Shown here one piece after another: positions 33,149-45,895 of a stretch of DNA of 55,808 bases (position 1 is its first letter; each line of letters opens with the position of its first letter). The DNA is from Octopus bimaculoides (Eukaryota): assembly GCF_001194135.2 (NCBI RefSeq), contig NC_068991.1, positions 42,187,969 through 42,243,776 on the forward strand, written 5' to 3'. A program made the translations under genes and the position numbers. The notes beneath the pieces are model-generated. The model did no database searches, had not been told where the DNA came from, and worked only from the letters and a program-made list of their open reading frames with translations.

Positions 33149-33249
33149 TCTAATTTGAAAATAACAAAATTCGTTTTTTACTATATAATCAGCATATGCA
33201 TATTCATTACATTTTCCTCAGTCAGTGCAGTCTATGGGATAAGATGTGC

Positions 33250-33810
33250 AGAAACATGACAATGACATGTATTGGAGAGACAACACATAGCATAGGAGAG
33301 TGATAAAAGAAAATTGGCAAGAACTGAAAGAGGAGAAAAGCTCATCAGTGCTATACCAAGATGCTAAACCAGAACATGGAGGCTCGAGAGATGACATAGA
33401 GCTTAAGATCCTATCCACACAGAATTGATTCAACACTCAGATTGCATAGACCATATGCACAATAGAAAGTAGCCTGAGTCTCAACAGAAAACATGAATGG
33501 AATAGTAACACCCCCACCCCACTCCACAGCTTAATGACTAAAGATAGAATAGGGCACAGGAAAAAAAGGGAAACACATACAAACAGTGCGATATGCACCC
33601 TCATACACACACACAAGACACACATACACATACTAAACACATAGACATCACGCAACATGTACACAAATGCATGTGCAGCAAGGATACATACCACAGAAAA
33701 ACAAGTTGGAGTAAACAGGATAAGGCCAAAAAGAAGAGAAGACACAGAAAAGAAGAACAAATAATCACCGAGGAAGTCACAGAATATGTGACAAAATAAC
33801 TTTAACAAAA
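33250..33810 (+). mobile_element. Degenerate Penelope-like 3' fragment (GIY-YIG endonuclease end + tail)
   Basis: Frameshifted …CIGETTHSI…KSSSVLY…HGG…DIELKILST…, followed by a hammerhead-like relic at 33768-33800. Confidence 0.55.
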
Positions 33811-34609
33811 TAACTAAAAATTAATTAAGCTGAAGTCAAAGTGAAATTGTGCATGTGTCTGTTGGCAAAAGGACTGTCCCTAAATATAACAATATCTGTT
33901 TCAACACACAATTCCACATCAAGTATCTTGTAAAACAAATACAAAAACAATTTCAAACAATGTTTCTCACAAATGTCTTGTAACGTAAGTTCTTAATGTG
34001 CTTCCTTCATTTATTTCTTCCCCACTCCCTCATTCACTCACTCTTCAACATTATCTGATTCACTTCCCTTTCTTCCACTCCCTTTCTTTCTCTTCCTTCC
34101 TCACTCTCTCTCTCTCTCCTCTGTTTATGACATCATTTCTCAATCATATGACTTGACTATGTTTTCATTACTGAAAGTTGAAATAAATATCTGTGGAAAT
34201 CATTTGTTTTCTTTCATACATTCTGTGAATATTTCTCAGAGTGGGAAGCAGAAATGGGTCAAATGAATTTTGACTGATGAGTTTTTATCCCGTGACCAAA
34301 TCACATCATCATCATCATCATCATCATCACCATCTTACGGCCCACTTTTCCATGCTTGCATCAGTCAGATGGAGTTCATTGAAGCAGGTTTCCTATACCT
34401 GGACGCCCTTCCTGTTATCAACTTTTTATCAATTTCCAAGTATGGTAATATTTCCTTCATGGCTGGACATGTTTTCAAAGAAGATTAGAAATGAAGGGCA
34501 CCACTCATACGATGGTGACACTCATTCACAACTATTACAAAATTTCAAGATAAAGGTGCCAACATGTACACAGATACATATATACATTGTTGTCGTCGTT
34601 GTCATCATA

Positions 34610-35160
34610 GTTGTTTAACATCTATTTTCCATGCTGGCATGGGTTGGATGGTTTGAATAGAGCTGGCAAGTTGGAGAGCTGCACCAGGTTCTAGTCTGAT
34701 TTGGCTTGGTATCTGTGACTGGATGCCATTCATAATACCAACCATTTTGCAGAATGTGCTGCATGCTTTTTACATGGCTCTAGCATGGGTCCTTTTTAAT
34801 ATGACCCAACACAGGTGAATTTTATGTGACACCAGCATGGTGCTTTTACATGGCACCAGTACAAGTAACTTTTACTCAGCCAGCATGGGTCCTTTTTACG
34901 TGACATAGACATGGGATTCTTGCAAGACAAGCATCCCTTCAGCTGGGAGGAACACATTAACAATTTGCTGTGGTGAACAGGTCATCTTGAGTACAGCAGG
35001 GCATCAGATATTTTAGTCCTTTGTCATCTCCTTCATAAGGCTCAGTGTCCTGAGATCGGCATTCAGTGCTCCACAGCAAGTCTTTCTGGGGCTTGCACTC
35101 CCATGGGTTCTATCCACTTTAAGTAATCAGAACTTCTTTATGCAGCTGTCAACATTCATC
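34610..35160 (-). mobile_element. Older RTE-like LINE 3' fragment
   Basis: Diverged copy of the RTE 3' end with subrepeats and ORF-end sequence. Confidence 0.55.
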
Positions 35161-35739
35161 CACATCATATGAATCAAACCACACACACACAAACAAACAA
35201 ACAAACAAAGATACATATACATGATAGGCTTCTTTCAGTTTCATTCAATGAAATTCACTCACAAAACTTTGGTTAGTCCAAAACTAAAGTTGAAGACACT
35301 TGCCCAAATATCACTTTGGTACTGAACCACACAGCCATGCTTCTGATTAAATAGCATCAAAGAAAAAAAATAGCATTCGTTTTCTTAATTTGCTGAGACA
35401 ACTGGCCGCATGGAAATTGTCATGAAAATCTTATTTCAGTGTTAAGAGGTTGTCAAATAGAGAAATGCATATTGGTCGCACAATGCATAGCCTGGTCCAG
35501 GAATCAAAACCACAATCTTATGATCATGAGTCCAATTTGTAACCACAAAGCCTTACACTTCCACAACTCACAAGTGTAGATGGACATAAATAAATCATCA
35601 TTATCATCATCATCATCATCATCTTTTAATGTCCATCTTCCATGCTGGCATAGGTTGGATGGTTTGATAGGATTAACAGAATTCAATGTCCTCCAGTGCT
35701 CTATCTTTTCAACCACTATTAACAATGGTTTCTAATTTA

Positions 35740-36403
35740 GACACAAGGCTAACAATTTTACAGGGAGAGAGTTGATCAATGCCATCAACCACAATACTTG
35801 ACTGGTACTAAATTTTCTTGATCCAGAAGGAATGAAAGACAGAGATGATTGCAGCAGGATACAAAGACAGAATATAAAAAGCCAGAAGATATAATGCAAG
35901 GCAGTTTGTTTGATGTTCTAACAATTCTGCCAGTTTGCTGCCCTCTACCATTATTAACAACAAAAACAGCAGCTTCTATAGTGCAGTAACAGCAGCAGTA
36001 ATAGCAATAGTGGTGGTGGTAGTGATGGTAGAAATAATAATAATTGCTTTTTACAACAATATTTTGGGACATGGAAACAGGATGTTGTGGCACCATTTTT
36101 TCTCATAAAAATTTAAAATATACATCAAAGTGCTTGGGTGTGAGAGTTGAAAAAGATCATGTGCCTCACTTGACATAAACAACAACTACAACAACAACAA
36201 TCCTTTCTACAATAGGCACAAGGTTTGAAATTTTGCAGAAGAGGCTAGTCAATAGTGTTGACTTGATTGGTACTTATCTTATTGACTCAGAAAGGCTGAA
36301 ATGAAAAGTAGAATTTGGTGGTATTTGGACACAAAACATGAAGATAAATGAAATGCCATTAAGCATTTGTCCAGCGTGCTAATGATTCTGTCAATTTGCT
36401 ACC

Positions 36404-36465
<62 letters not shown>

Positions 36466-36575
36466 CCTTTCTACTGAAGGCACAAAGCCTGAAATGTGGT
36501 GGGAGGGGACTAGTTGATTACATTGACCCCAGTGTTTCACTGGTACTTAATCTATCAACCCCGAAAGGATAAATA
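35740..36575 (-). mobile_element. Cluster of SINE family A copies with an (AAT)n microsatellite at about 36404-36463
   Basis: Units at about 35740-35950, 36200-36410 and 36465-36575. Confidence 0.7.
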
Positions 36576-36769
36576 ATAATAATGAAGATGATGATTTCTT
36601 GGTTCATCTGGATTTGGTTTATTTTCTGAACATTGAATAAATAAGTAAGAGAAACGGAATTTGCCTTGTCTTACGAAAACAATGATACAAAAAAAGAAGC
36701 ATATATCATACAGTAACATACTTTACCTGAAAGTATCACTGGTTTTTATCATAAATTTTTCCATGCAAA

Positions 36770-37307
36770 GGCATGGCTATGAGGTAAGGAGCTTGCTTCC
36801 CAACCACATGGTTTGGGATTCAGTTCCACTGCATGGCACCTTGGATAGGTGTCTTCTACTATAGCCTTGGACCAACCAAAGCATTGTAAGTGGATTTGGT
36901 AGATGGAAACTGAAAGAAGCTCATTGCATATATGTATATTTATATGTGTGTGTGTGTGTGTGTGTTTGTCCCCCACCACAGTTTGACAATCAGTGCTGTG
37001 TGTTTATATCCCTGTACCTTAGCGATTTGGCAAAAAAAGACTGATAGAATAAGTACCAAGTGTTAAAAAATAATAAGTACTGAGGTCAGTACATTTTTAA
37101 ATTTCTTCAAGGCAGTGCCCCAACATGGCCACAGTCTAATAACAGAGACAAATAAACGATAAAGATGCAGAAGATCGCTTCCCAACCACATGGCTCCAGG
37201 TTCACTCCCACTGCATAGCAACTTTGGCATGTTGTCTTCTACTATAGGCCCAGCCAAGCAAAACCTTGTGAGCAGATTTGTTAGACAGGAACTGAAAAAA
37301 GCCCTTT

Positions 37308-37366
<59 letters not shown>

Positions 37367-37400
37367 TGCGTGTGTGTGTGTGTGATGGGCTGGTATTTCT
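36770..37400 (+). mobile_element. Two SINE family B copies with (TG)n tracts
   Basis: Heads at about 36770 and 37175, with core ccttgga/ctttggc…gtcttctactatag. Confidence 0.75.
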
Positions 37401-37589
37401 CTCACCTTCACATGTTTTCACAAGTTGTAAACAAGCAAAAGGCTCATTCATATACTTTTTTGCATAAACATTGTCTGGGCCCAGAATTGTTTGATAGATT
37501 CCAAATGTTTCTTCATTTGGAAACAATTGTGTTGGTGATAAGAAGGGCATCAAACCATAGAAAGTGCTTCTCCAATTTATTTTCATCTG

Positions 37590-37623
<34 letters not shown>

Positions 37624-38420
37624 GTAGACATTACAACCATGATGATGATGATAATAATGTGTTGTTCATTTGCAGCACATGATTTTACAATTACACTGCT
37701 TTGCTTTAGCTGATGACCATAAGGCTTTGTCACTTTCTCAATTGATTCGCATGCTCTCTTTCATCAAAGTCAACATTCTACATCCAATAGACTACATTTA
37801 GCTCGTTTCTCTCTAACCTCCACATTCAATGTCCACATCTCACCATGATTTTACACTTACATACACACACTTGGTAGAGTCGTTAGAACATTGGATAGAT
37901 TGCTTTTCAGTAATTGTTCTGGATCTCTGCACGCCGAGTTCAAATCCCACCAAATTCAACTTTGCCTTTCATCCTTTTGGGGGTCTATAAATAAAGTGCC
38001 AGTCAAGTGATGGGTTGATTCTTCTCTCACTCTTTATTTGTACCTGTCAGTTTGTCTATCTGGAAGAAATAGCTACAGTCAGACCTGGAGAGGAATGGGT
38101 TTCGGTAGGTCTAAAACAAACACCAAAGACATACTTTACATCATAATGGCATCCCTATGACACCATTAGCAGTTAAGTCCCAGGACAAAGAAATATATAT
38201 ATGCATAAGGTCTGCAAATCTGAGGCTTCAAAAGACATTTTAAGATCCACAAAAATCAGAACTTAACTGCAGCTTTAGGTGGTGCAAATCAGATATGCAA
38301 TCTATGTGTGTCTTTTCAATATATTGTCTGGTTTAAAAAGCCTCATCAGACACCATGATGGATCTTAGGCGTAAGTACAAGAGGTGGTCAGACTATGCTT
38401 AAGGAGTAGGCAACCACCAC

Positions 38421-38476
<56 letters not shown>

Positions 38477-38512
38477 TATATACTTACTGTTAAAAAAGTA
38501 GGGTGTATGTAC

Positions 38513-39718
38513 GATTACTTAATAAATGAAAAAATGCATTGTAAATAAACAACAGATAAAAAACATACATATACTGAGGGTACAACTGGACAGGAGACAC
38601 ACACAGAGGGTCCCTAATTCTTTGTCAGTTATCAACCAAAATGGTACTACTCAGTTTCCCATCATTAATGACAAGACTAAGAACTTCCCATATTAGTGAT
38701 GCCTGTGAAAGTCACAGAAAATGTTGGGCCTCAAGCAAACAAAACAACACAGAGTGGACATATGCAAGTAAAAACAATGTAATTTGAGTTGATGTACAAA
38801 GACAAAATAAATAGGAAATGAACAAAATACAGCCTTAGGGCCAAAAAAGACAAGAGTGGTGGGTAACACTTAGCAGAAATCTTAAAGGATATGGAAATAG
38901 CAAGACAGAAATTTTTTGCTACCGAATGGCTGGATGGCCAGTGTGAAAAAGGAAGAGAATGAAGGAAAGCCGGTCATGGGTCACTTGTCAGCAGCAAGTA
39001 GAGGAGAAAGGGAGAGAGAGTGACAGGGAGAAATTAAGGGAAGTATACATCTTTTATCTGTCATTGCTTATTTACAATGCATTTTTTCATTTATTAAGTA
39101 ACAGTATGCACACACACCCAACCTTTTTAAAAGTAAGTTTATATATATATTCTGTATGACTCTACCCTTGCCTTCACTCTTTCTCTCATTCCCTCTTACT
39201 TCTATTTCCAACCTGTCCACTTTCCCTTTTTTCTCTCTCTCGCCCTCTCACTTGTATTTGTAGCCTTTCCCTTTCCCGTGGCCAGCTTTCCTTAATGCTC
39301 TCCCCTTTTTACACTGGCCACCCAGCCATTTAATCGCAAAAAATGTCTGTCTTATTTCCATATCCTTTGGGATTTCTTCTAAGCATTATTCACCATTCTT
39401 GTCTTTTTGGCCCTAATGCCATATTTTTCTTATTTCCTATTTATTTTGTCTTTGTCCATCGTCTTAAATTACCTTGTTTTTAATTTTCGTATGTCCACTC
39501 GGCATCATTTTGTTTACTTGAAACCTGACATTCTCTGCAACTTTCACAGGCACCTCCAATATGGGAAGTTCTCATTAAGAGTGTGAAACTGAGTATTACC
39601 TTCTTGGTTGATAACTGAAGGAGGATTAGGGACACTCTGTGTGTCTCCCATCCAGTTGTACCCTCAGTATACATATATGTTTTTTATCTGTCATTTATTT
39701 ACAAAGCATTTTTTCATA
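38513..39718. repeat. Long imperfect inverted repeat (arms about 38527-39000 and 39260-39718)
   Basis: …atactgagggtacaactgga…gtccctaat…cagttatcaaccaa…gggccaaaaaagacaaga…ggccagtgt reappears as its reverse complement. Confidence 0.8.
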
Positions 39719-39970
39719 TATATATATAGCGGGCTGGATGAAAGATGTGATATCAGGTTGATATGATGAAGCCCACTACCAAATGTAGCATGTAGATGTA
39801 ATGCTTCAAGGTTCTCATGTCGGAGTACCAATAAACATCGAAGAATCAACACCAAGAAGGAAGAAATATTATTTACATATGTTTATTCATTTGCCCGACA
39901 GGTAGTTAAAGAGACAGTAGCAATTCTAGTGATAGTGACAGTAAGGTTGGCTTGCTGGTTAGTAGTTCAT

Positions 39971-40260
39971 AGTGTAGAAAAAGGTTGTCTGTCAGTAGAG
40001 AGTGAAAGAGTAAGGAATGCATAGTGCTGACTAGAAAGGATAGAAGTGGCATCATCTTTCTTGCGACCGAGAAAAGTGCTGCTCTTGGTCATGGCTGACG
40101 CAAAAGAGTATGTTGCTTCTTGGTCTGACTGACACAAAAGAGCAGCACTTTCCTCGGCCACAAGAAAGATGATGCCACCTCTATCCTTTCTTCCTTTCTA
40201 GTCAACACCGTGCATTCCTTACTCTTTCACTCTCTACTGACAGACAATTTTTCCGACACT
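39971..40260. repeat. High-identity palindrome (arms 39971-40086 and 40138-40260, spacer about 51 nt)
   Basis: …ttgtctgtcagtagagagtgaaagagtaaggaatgca…gtggcatcatctttcttg…aaagtgctgctctt pairs with its reverse complement. The right arm has an 8-nt tandem insertion. Confidence 0.9.
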
Positions 40261-40379
40261 TCAACTGGTGCAGCCTCTTGGCTTCCCAGACCCCAGTCAA
40301 ACCGTTCAACCCATGCTAGCATGGAAAACGGACATTAAACGATGATGATGATGATTTTGGTCTCCTGGTAGACATCAAG

Positions 40380-40860
40380 CACAGAAAACTTGTTAATAGC
40401 ACCACTCAGCTCACTGTGCTCAGGATATCCGTTCATATGGCCACAATCAGCCCAACCATTTTGCAAACAACGGCAACCCATCACAGTGCTATCCCTAAAG
40501 AATACCTGAACGTCACTCGACCAGTATTCAATAGTCAGCCTACAAAACATGAAGTCACCCACCACATCAAGACCCGTGGTCCACCTGTTGCTGCACAACC
40601 CCGAAGGTTACCAGCAGATCGTCTCAAGGCTGTCAAGTGAGAATTCAAGCACATGCTCAACCTCTGAATCATCTGCCCATTCAGCAGCAACTGGTTCTCA
40701 CCAATATACTGCATTCCTAAGAAGTCATCAACTGATTGGCGAGTTTGCGGTGATTATCGATCGCTAAATAACTACACTGCACCTGATGCATATCCAGTCC
40801 CACTTCTACAGGACTTTTCTAAACTAACACTTCCTTTTACTGAGCTGAGATTTGAAACCA
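40380..40860 (+). mobile_element. Gypsy/Ty3 LTR retrotransposon pol fragment (protease-RT linker and RT N-terminus)
   Basis: HEVTHHIKTRGPPVAAQPRRLPADRLKAVK*EFKHML…SNWFSP…IPKKSSTDWRVCGDYRSLNNYTAPDAYPVP. Confidence 0.9.
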
Positions 40861-41030
40861 AATCTAAGGATTCTCGCTCATCTGATCCACCACTGGCCAA
40901 ACAAGTGTGAAAGAAATTTCTTTGTCCTGTCAAAAAGTGATGAGTGGTTTTCCCTTCAACCTACGACCTGAGCCATGTAATTTAAGGTTCAAGAGGACAG
41001 GAGGTGACCTACGTAGGTAGGAATTACTCC

Positions 41031-41363
41031 TGTAGTATATCTGTCCTTCTAGGTGTCATGACCATTATAAATACAGTCAGACATATGACAGGAGCAGAGA
41101 GCCATCACCAGGCAAACTGTCAAGAGACAGCCTTGTGCCAGTTAAGCTGCCAACAGAGAACCACATATTCAGCATGAACGACCCAATACAGTAGCATATG
41201 CAGAACATAAACAGGTACCACTGAATGATCAAAGCACACACAGACACAAAACATGCCAGTTCTACCTCATCATATCGACACAGTATTTCCCGTTTATTTT
41301 CTTCTTCACCAACTCGAAGTAAGTTGGTAATGTCACGTAGTGAAATTTTTGCTGTATACAACA
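41031..41363 (+). mobile_element. Probable 3' LTR of the Gypsy relic
   Basis: Ends TGTAGTATA…TATACAACA (8/9 inverted match, TG…CA), downstream of the pol fragment. No second LTR is seen in the window. Confidence 0.55.
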
Positions 41364-42227
41364 AGTAAATGCAAGTGTTGTTTAAATAAATTATTTAAAC
41401 CACAATTTGATGCTTTCCCATTGTTTTACTTTGATGTCATCCACATACCTATCTCATCTGCTACCTGAACATCTTTTGCTACACCTTTCCAACTACATAT
41501 ATATCAAGAAGAAAAAGAGGCAGTCACAATTTTGGATAATTCTTTATCATATAATTCTTTATTATTAGCACTTTTGTTTTTTTAAACAATCTCTTCAAGA
41601 TAAGAATTAAAATGAAAATGATAATGATAAAAACAGAGCATTTCCTCGTTCTGTTATGTGACACTTTTTGTTTTGCGTTTTGCTGATTGTTTTATGGATG
41701 TTTATTGCTTTGTTTTGATGACGAGAAAATTTTGTTGTTTCTTTTTTTTTTTTTTTTTTGAAGAAAGGGAGGAAAAGATAGCTAGATGGAAGGAGAGGTT
41801 TCTTTTTCATGACATTCTTTGTTTTGAAGATGAGAGGAAGAAAAAAATCACGTTATTAACATTGGAACTACATCCAGAAATAACAGTAACAGTGTAATAT
41901 AAATGTTTCCTCTTCATCTATCATCATAACTATTAATAAAAAATAAAATGACCATGAAGATGCTCTCTTGATGGAGACCAAAACCATGTAGCACACACTG
42001 ATATCATCTTACATGGCACGTGAATATTGTTAGACAGCAATACAGTGTCATTGGAGCATTCAGTTGCATTATTTTTCCAGTCATATTAGCTGGGCACAGT
42101 ATCTGCGTGAGATAACCATGTGGTGTTCATAGTTTGTTTCATTTGAAGGTGTGTTCATGGATATTGTCTCTGTTTCTCTTTCCAATCCTTTTGACAAAAT
42201 GCACTTTCCCTGCTTCTCTTTTAAACA

Positions 42228-45200
42228 TTTAATTTTGGAGAGAATTTTTTGATGAAGTGTAGCTCCATTGCTTTTCGGAACTTTGGGTCATCTTTTAAAC
42301 ATTTGTAAAAGGGGAAGATTTTGAATTTTCCTTCACTGCATATTTCTAGATGCTTGCTCAATGGAATCTTGTGTAGTTCATCTTTTCAGATGTGTTGTCT
42401 GTGGATTCTTGCATGTAGGCAAAGAGAACTGTTTGTTTCACCAGTATAATTCTCCTTGTAGCTGGGGCAAGTAGTGCAGTATATGAGATTCTGTGTTTTG
42501 CAGATCGTGTCTGCATTTACTTTAAATGAGAATCTGCTCTTGAATTTTTTGTGGGAACCACTTTCTAAATAATTGAAGATGTTGCTGTTGTTGCATGTTG
42601 TACAACTGCTATCTCCACATTCTTTTATGGAGAATTTTGATTCATTCTCTGGTGTGAATTTTGTCCTCATGAGGTGTTTTTTTAGATTTTTTGGCTGGCA
42701 TCTACTGTTTCATAAGAGGTTTTCATCAATCAGATTTTTCATTTTGGAGTTTTGGAGAAGTATTGATAGGTTTGATTTTATGGGGTGAAAAATGTTGGTT
42801 ACCCCAGGATTGCGCGTATCGATAAATGAGATTGTGCATTCATTAGTTTTTTCGTTTGATGTCTTTAGTTGTGTGATGTTTAGTTTCATCACCTTTTTAA
42901 TTCCATTGTTATTTATTCTAAAGGCTATTTCTGTTTTGTTAGAAAGCCTTTGAGTTCATCACATCAGATTTGACCTATTTTGGGGTCAATCACTATAGTA
43001 CAGATACGTCTTGGGATGTTTCTTTTGATAAGTGAGGGATGGCAAAAGTAGATATTCAAATATTGGTGCATCTGTTTTTTTTTTTTGTAAAATATGTCTG
43101 CTGTGACTGGATATCCACGAATGGTAATTCATTGCAACTGGATTCTGTCATGAATTTGATAGATGAGTGAAGTGTGTTAAGTATGTCATTAAATATTAGT
43201 AGGTCCTCATTTGATTTTTCCCAAAAGATGAAGCAGTCATTGAGGTAGCATTTCCACTTTTTAATGTTGTATTTCTTGCAATCATTATTAAAAGTTCTCT
43301 TTATCTCCTCATAAAGTTTTTCTTCCAAGTACCCCATGACTAGGTTAGCATATGAGAGTGCAAACCTCATCTCCATAGCCATGCCCTTTATCTGTCGATA
43401 TGTTTTATTATTGAATCTAAAGGTGTTTTCTTCTAGTACTAGGCGTGTGGCCTTGGTAATGAAGTCAGATTTTAGGCATTTATCTATCTGTCCTCTATGT
43501 TTTTCTACCCAGTGTTTGACTGCTTCTAGGCCCAAAGTGTTAGGTATATTGGTATAAAGATTAGTGATGTCAAAGCTTGTAAGTATAGTACCTTCTGGGA
43601 CAGTGGGTGGGATGCCCTCAAGGAAACCTATGTCATCCTGTATATAGCTGGGAATTAATGAACATAAAGGTTTGAGGAGTATATCCACAAGATGACTCAG
43701 TTATTGTGTTGGGGCTTGAGGTCCAGCAACTATTGGTCTCAATTTGAGGTCAGTAATTCTTAGTATTTTTATGTATTGGTCCCTCTGTTCATTTATGGCT
43801 CTCTGTATTTCTGAGCTTTTGTGGAGCTTGGGCAATCTGTAGAAATTGCTCTCTTTGGTTACAGAGTTCTATAAATAATCTTTCTCCTTGTTTGTGAAAG
43901 AATCTTGGTATTCATTAATTAGTGTTTTGATTTTATTTACTATTGCATTTTTTCCAGGTGTCTTGGTTCTTCCTTGTAGTAGGTTTGGTCTGTTAGAATT
44001 TCCAACATTTTATCTTTATAGTAGCCTTTGTCCATAATTACTATCGCTCCTCCCTTTTCAATTTCTTTTAGGGTGATTGAATTGTCTTCAGTGTTAGTAA
44101 TGCTTCCTTTTCTTCACGAAGGTTCTGTTTACATTTATGAGTACTTATGGGAAATTTCAAAATAGTGTCTATATATATGTGTCTAAATTTTTGTCATTAA
44201 CCTTGTAGGGGATGAACTGGGATTTATTTCTGACAATTGATTCATCACTTACATTCTTATTGTTGAAGAATTCTATAAGTTAGAGGTGACGGTTAAAATT
44301 CTCAATATAAGCTTTTAGTTGAATGATATAAGGGGTGGGTGTAAGGGAAAATATGAAACCTTTCAACAGGAGATTCTTGTTAAGGTTTCTATTTGACAAA
44401 TTTATGATCTTAGGGTCTATATGTTCTGTGTGCTCATTAAAATTCTGTCACATTGGGTCTGGTGCACGATTGTAGTATTTTCTCCCTAAAAATGGAATTG
44501 TGTTATTGTGTTACCATTTTCTGTTTCTGTGGGTCTGGTTGCCTCATAGATGAGGGGATGGTTCATGTTCTTTGTACATTTTTCATCGTCTACAGGTTCT
44601 GTTTTCTTTCCATCTTTTATGTTTGTTAGGCCATTCAGGATGTTTGGGATTGTTGGATGTAAATCGTGGGTTTCTTGAATTTCCATGATGATTATTTATA
44701 TTATGGTTTCTGTGTTGTCCATATTTTACTTGTCTTTCTTTCCATGTATTCATCCATCTAGGGCATTTGGTATTATGGGTTGATAGTTGTCTTCTTTATT
44801 CTATGCATTTGTTTATTGCAGTGTAATGTTTTGGTATTACAGAATATGGATTTCTAATCTGCACTTGGGATGAGCTGGAGGTCATCTCCACATATTTTCT
44901 TGGATAATTAGAGGATCAATACCTTGGTCTGGTTCCTCTGGGGTCGGTGTCTATGCTTGTTTTTGATTTTCTTGTATTTTTTGTTGTGGTTTTGTTTTCA
45001 TAATGGATTTTTCTCCATGTTTTTTTTCCATAGTTAGTGACCCGCTCTTGTTTTTCCCACATTTTTATGGATTTTTCTTTTTCCCACTTAGTGTCTTCTT
45101 TCCATAGTTGTAGTAATTTTTCATGACTTTGATTGTCACTTCGTTTGGTGATTTCAGTAATGATGGCTGCATCAACTGTTTTGACTTTCTCTACATGTAT

Positions 45201-45250
45201 TTTTCACAATTGGAGAAGTGATATTTCTGCTTCCAGTCAGCATAAAGCTA
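42228..45250 (-). mobile_element. Near full-length degenerate Penelope-like element (RT + GIY-YIG), Neptune-like
   Basis: RT: SFDITNLYTNIP…FRFNNKTYRQIKGMAME…YANLVMGYLEE…CYLNDCF. Cys linker CGDSSCTTC. Endonuclease: NLIYCTTCPSYKENYTGET…RIHRQHI. ORF end …FIKKFSPKLNV*. Confidence 0.9.
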
Positions 45251-45347
45251 AGTTTGCATGTATCTCTATCTATTTTTTTGCCTACTCTTTGCTTTTCCTC
45301 CCTTTCTCAAAAAAAAAACAAAAAAGAAATTTTCTCTTCTTCTAAAC

Positions 45348-45624
45348 CAGGGGTTCCCAACCTTATTTTGCTTGTGGACCCCCCTGAAAGCTATTTTATC
45401 ATCTGTGGACCCCATATATGCACATGTAAATTTTTGAAATAAAATACTTGTTTGTAGGTTAGTAAAAACTAACAATGAAACAATTTCGTTATATTCATAA
45501 CATGAATTCCAAATACAAATCTTGAAAATTTCAATAAACACAGGTACATATCTAGTAAACAAAATTTATATATGGGCCCACAAATTACAATTTTTAACTC
45601 ATGGACCCCAGTTGGGAACCCCTG
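45348..45624. mobile_element. hAT-type MITE with 14-bp TIRs and 8-bp TSD
   Basis: ttctaaac|caggggttcccaac … gttgggaacccctg|atctaaac (TSD 7/8 identical). Confidence 0.88.
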
Positions 45625-45851
45625 ATCTAAACAAAGCAAAAAAAAAACAAAAAAGAAATTTTCTCTTCTTCTAAACCAGGGGTTCCCAACCTNNNNNNNN
45701 NNTTTTTTTTTTTTTTTTGTTACCATTTCGATTCTAATTCTTATCTTGAAGAGTTCATTTAAACAAACGAAAGCACTAATAATAAAGAATTATCCAAAAT
45801 TATGACTGCTTCCTTTTTTCTTGATATACAATATCAGTACACCACTTCCAT

Positions 45852-45891
<40 letters not shown>

Positions 45892-45895
<4 letters not shown>

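Noticed and set aside
41951-41992. ATGAAGA…CTCTC…GGAG…AAAAC-CATGT, a weak hammerhead-like string near the PLE 3' end
   Set aside because: Both core boxes need several substitutions and the orientation is opposite to the PLE ORF. Too degenerate to claim.
45636-45692. Repeat of the left flank and TIR of the hAT MITE
   Set aside because: It ends at gap 45693-45702 and copies about 45308-45362, so it is most likely an assembly artefact.
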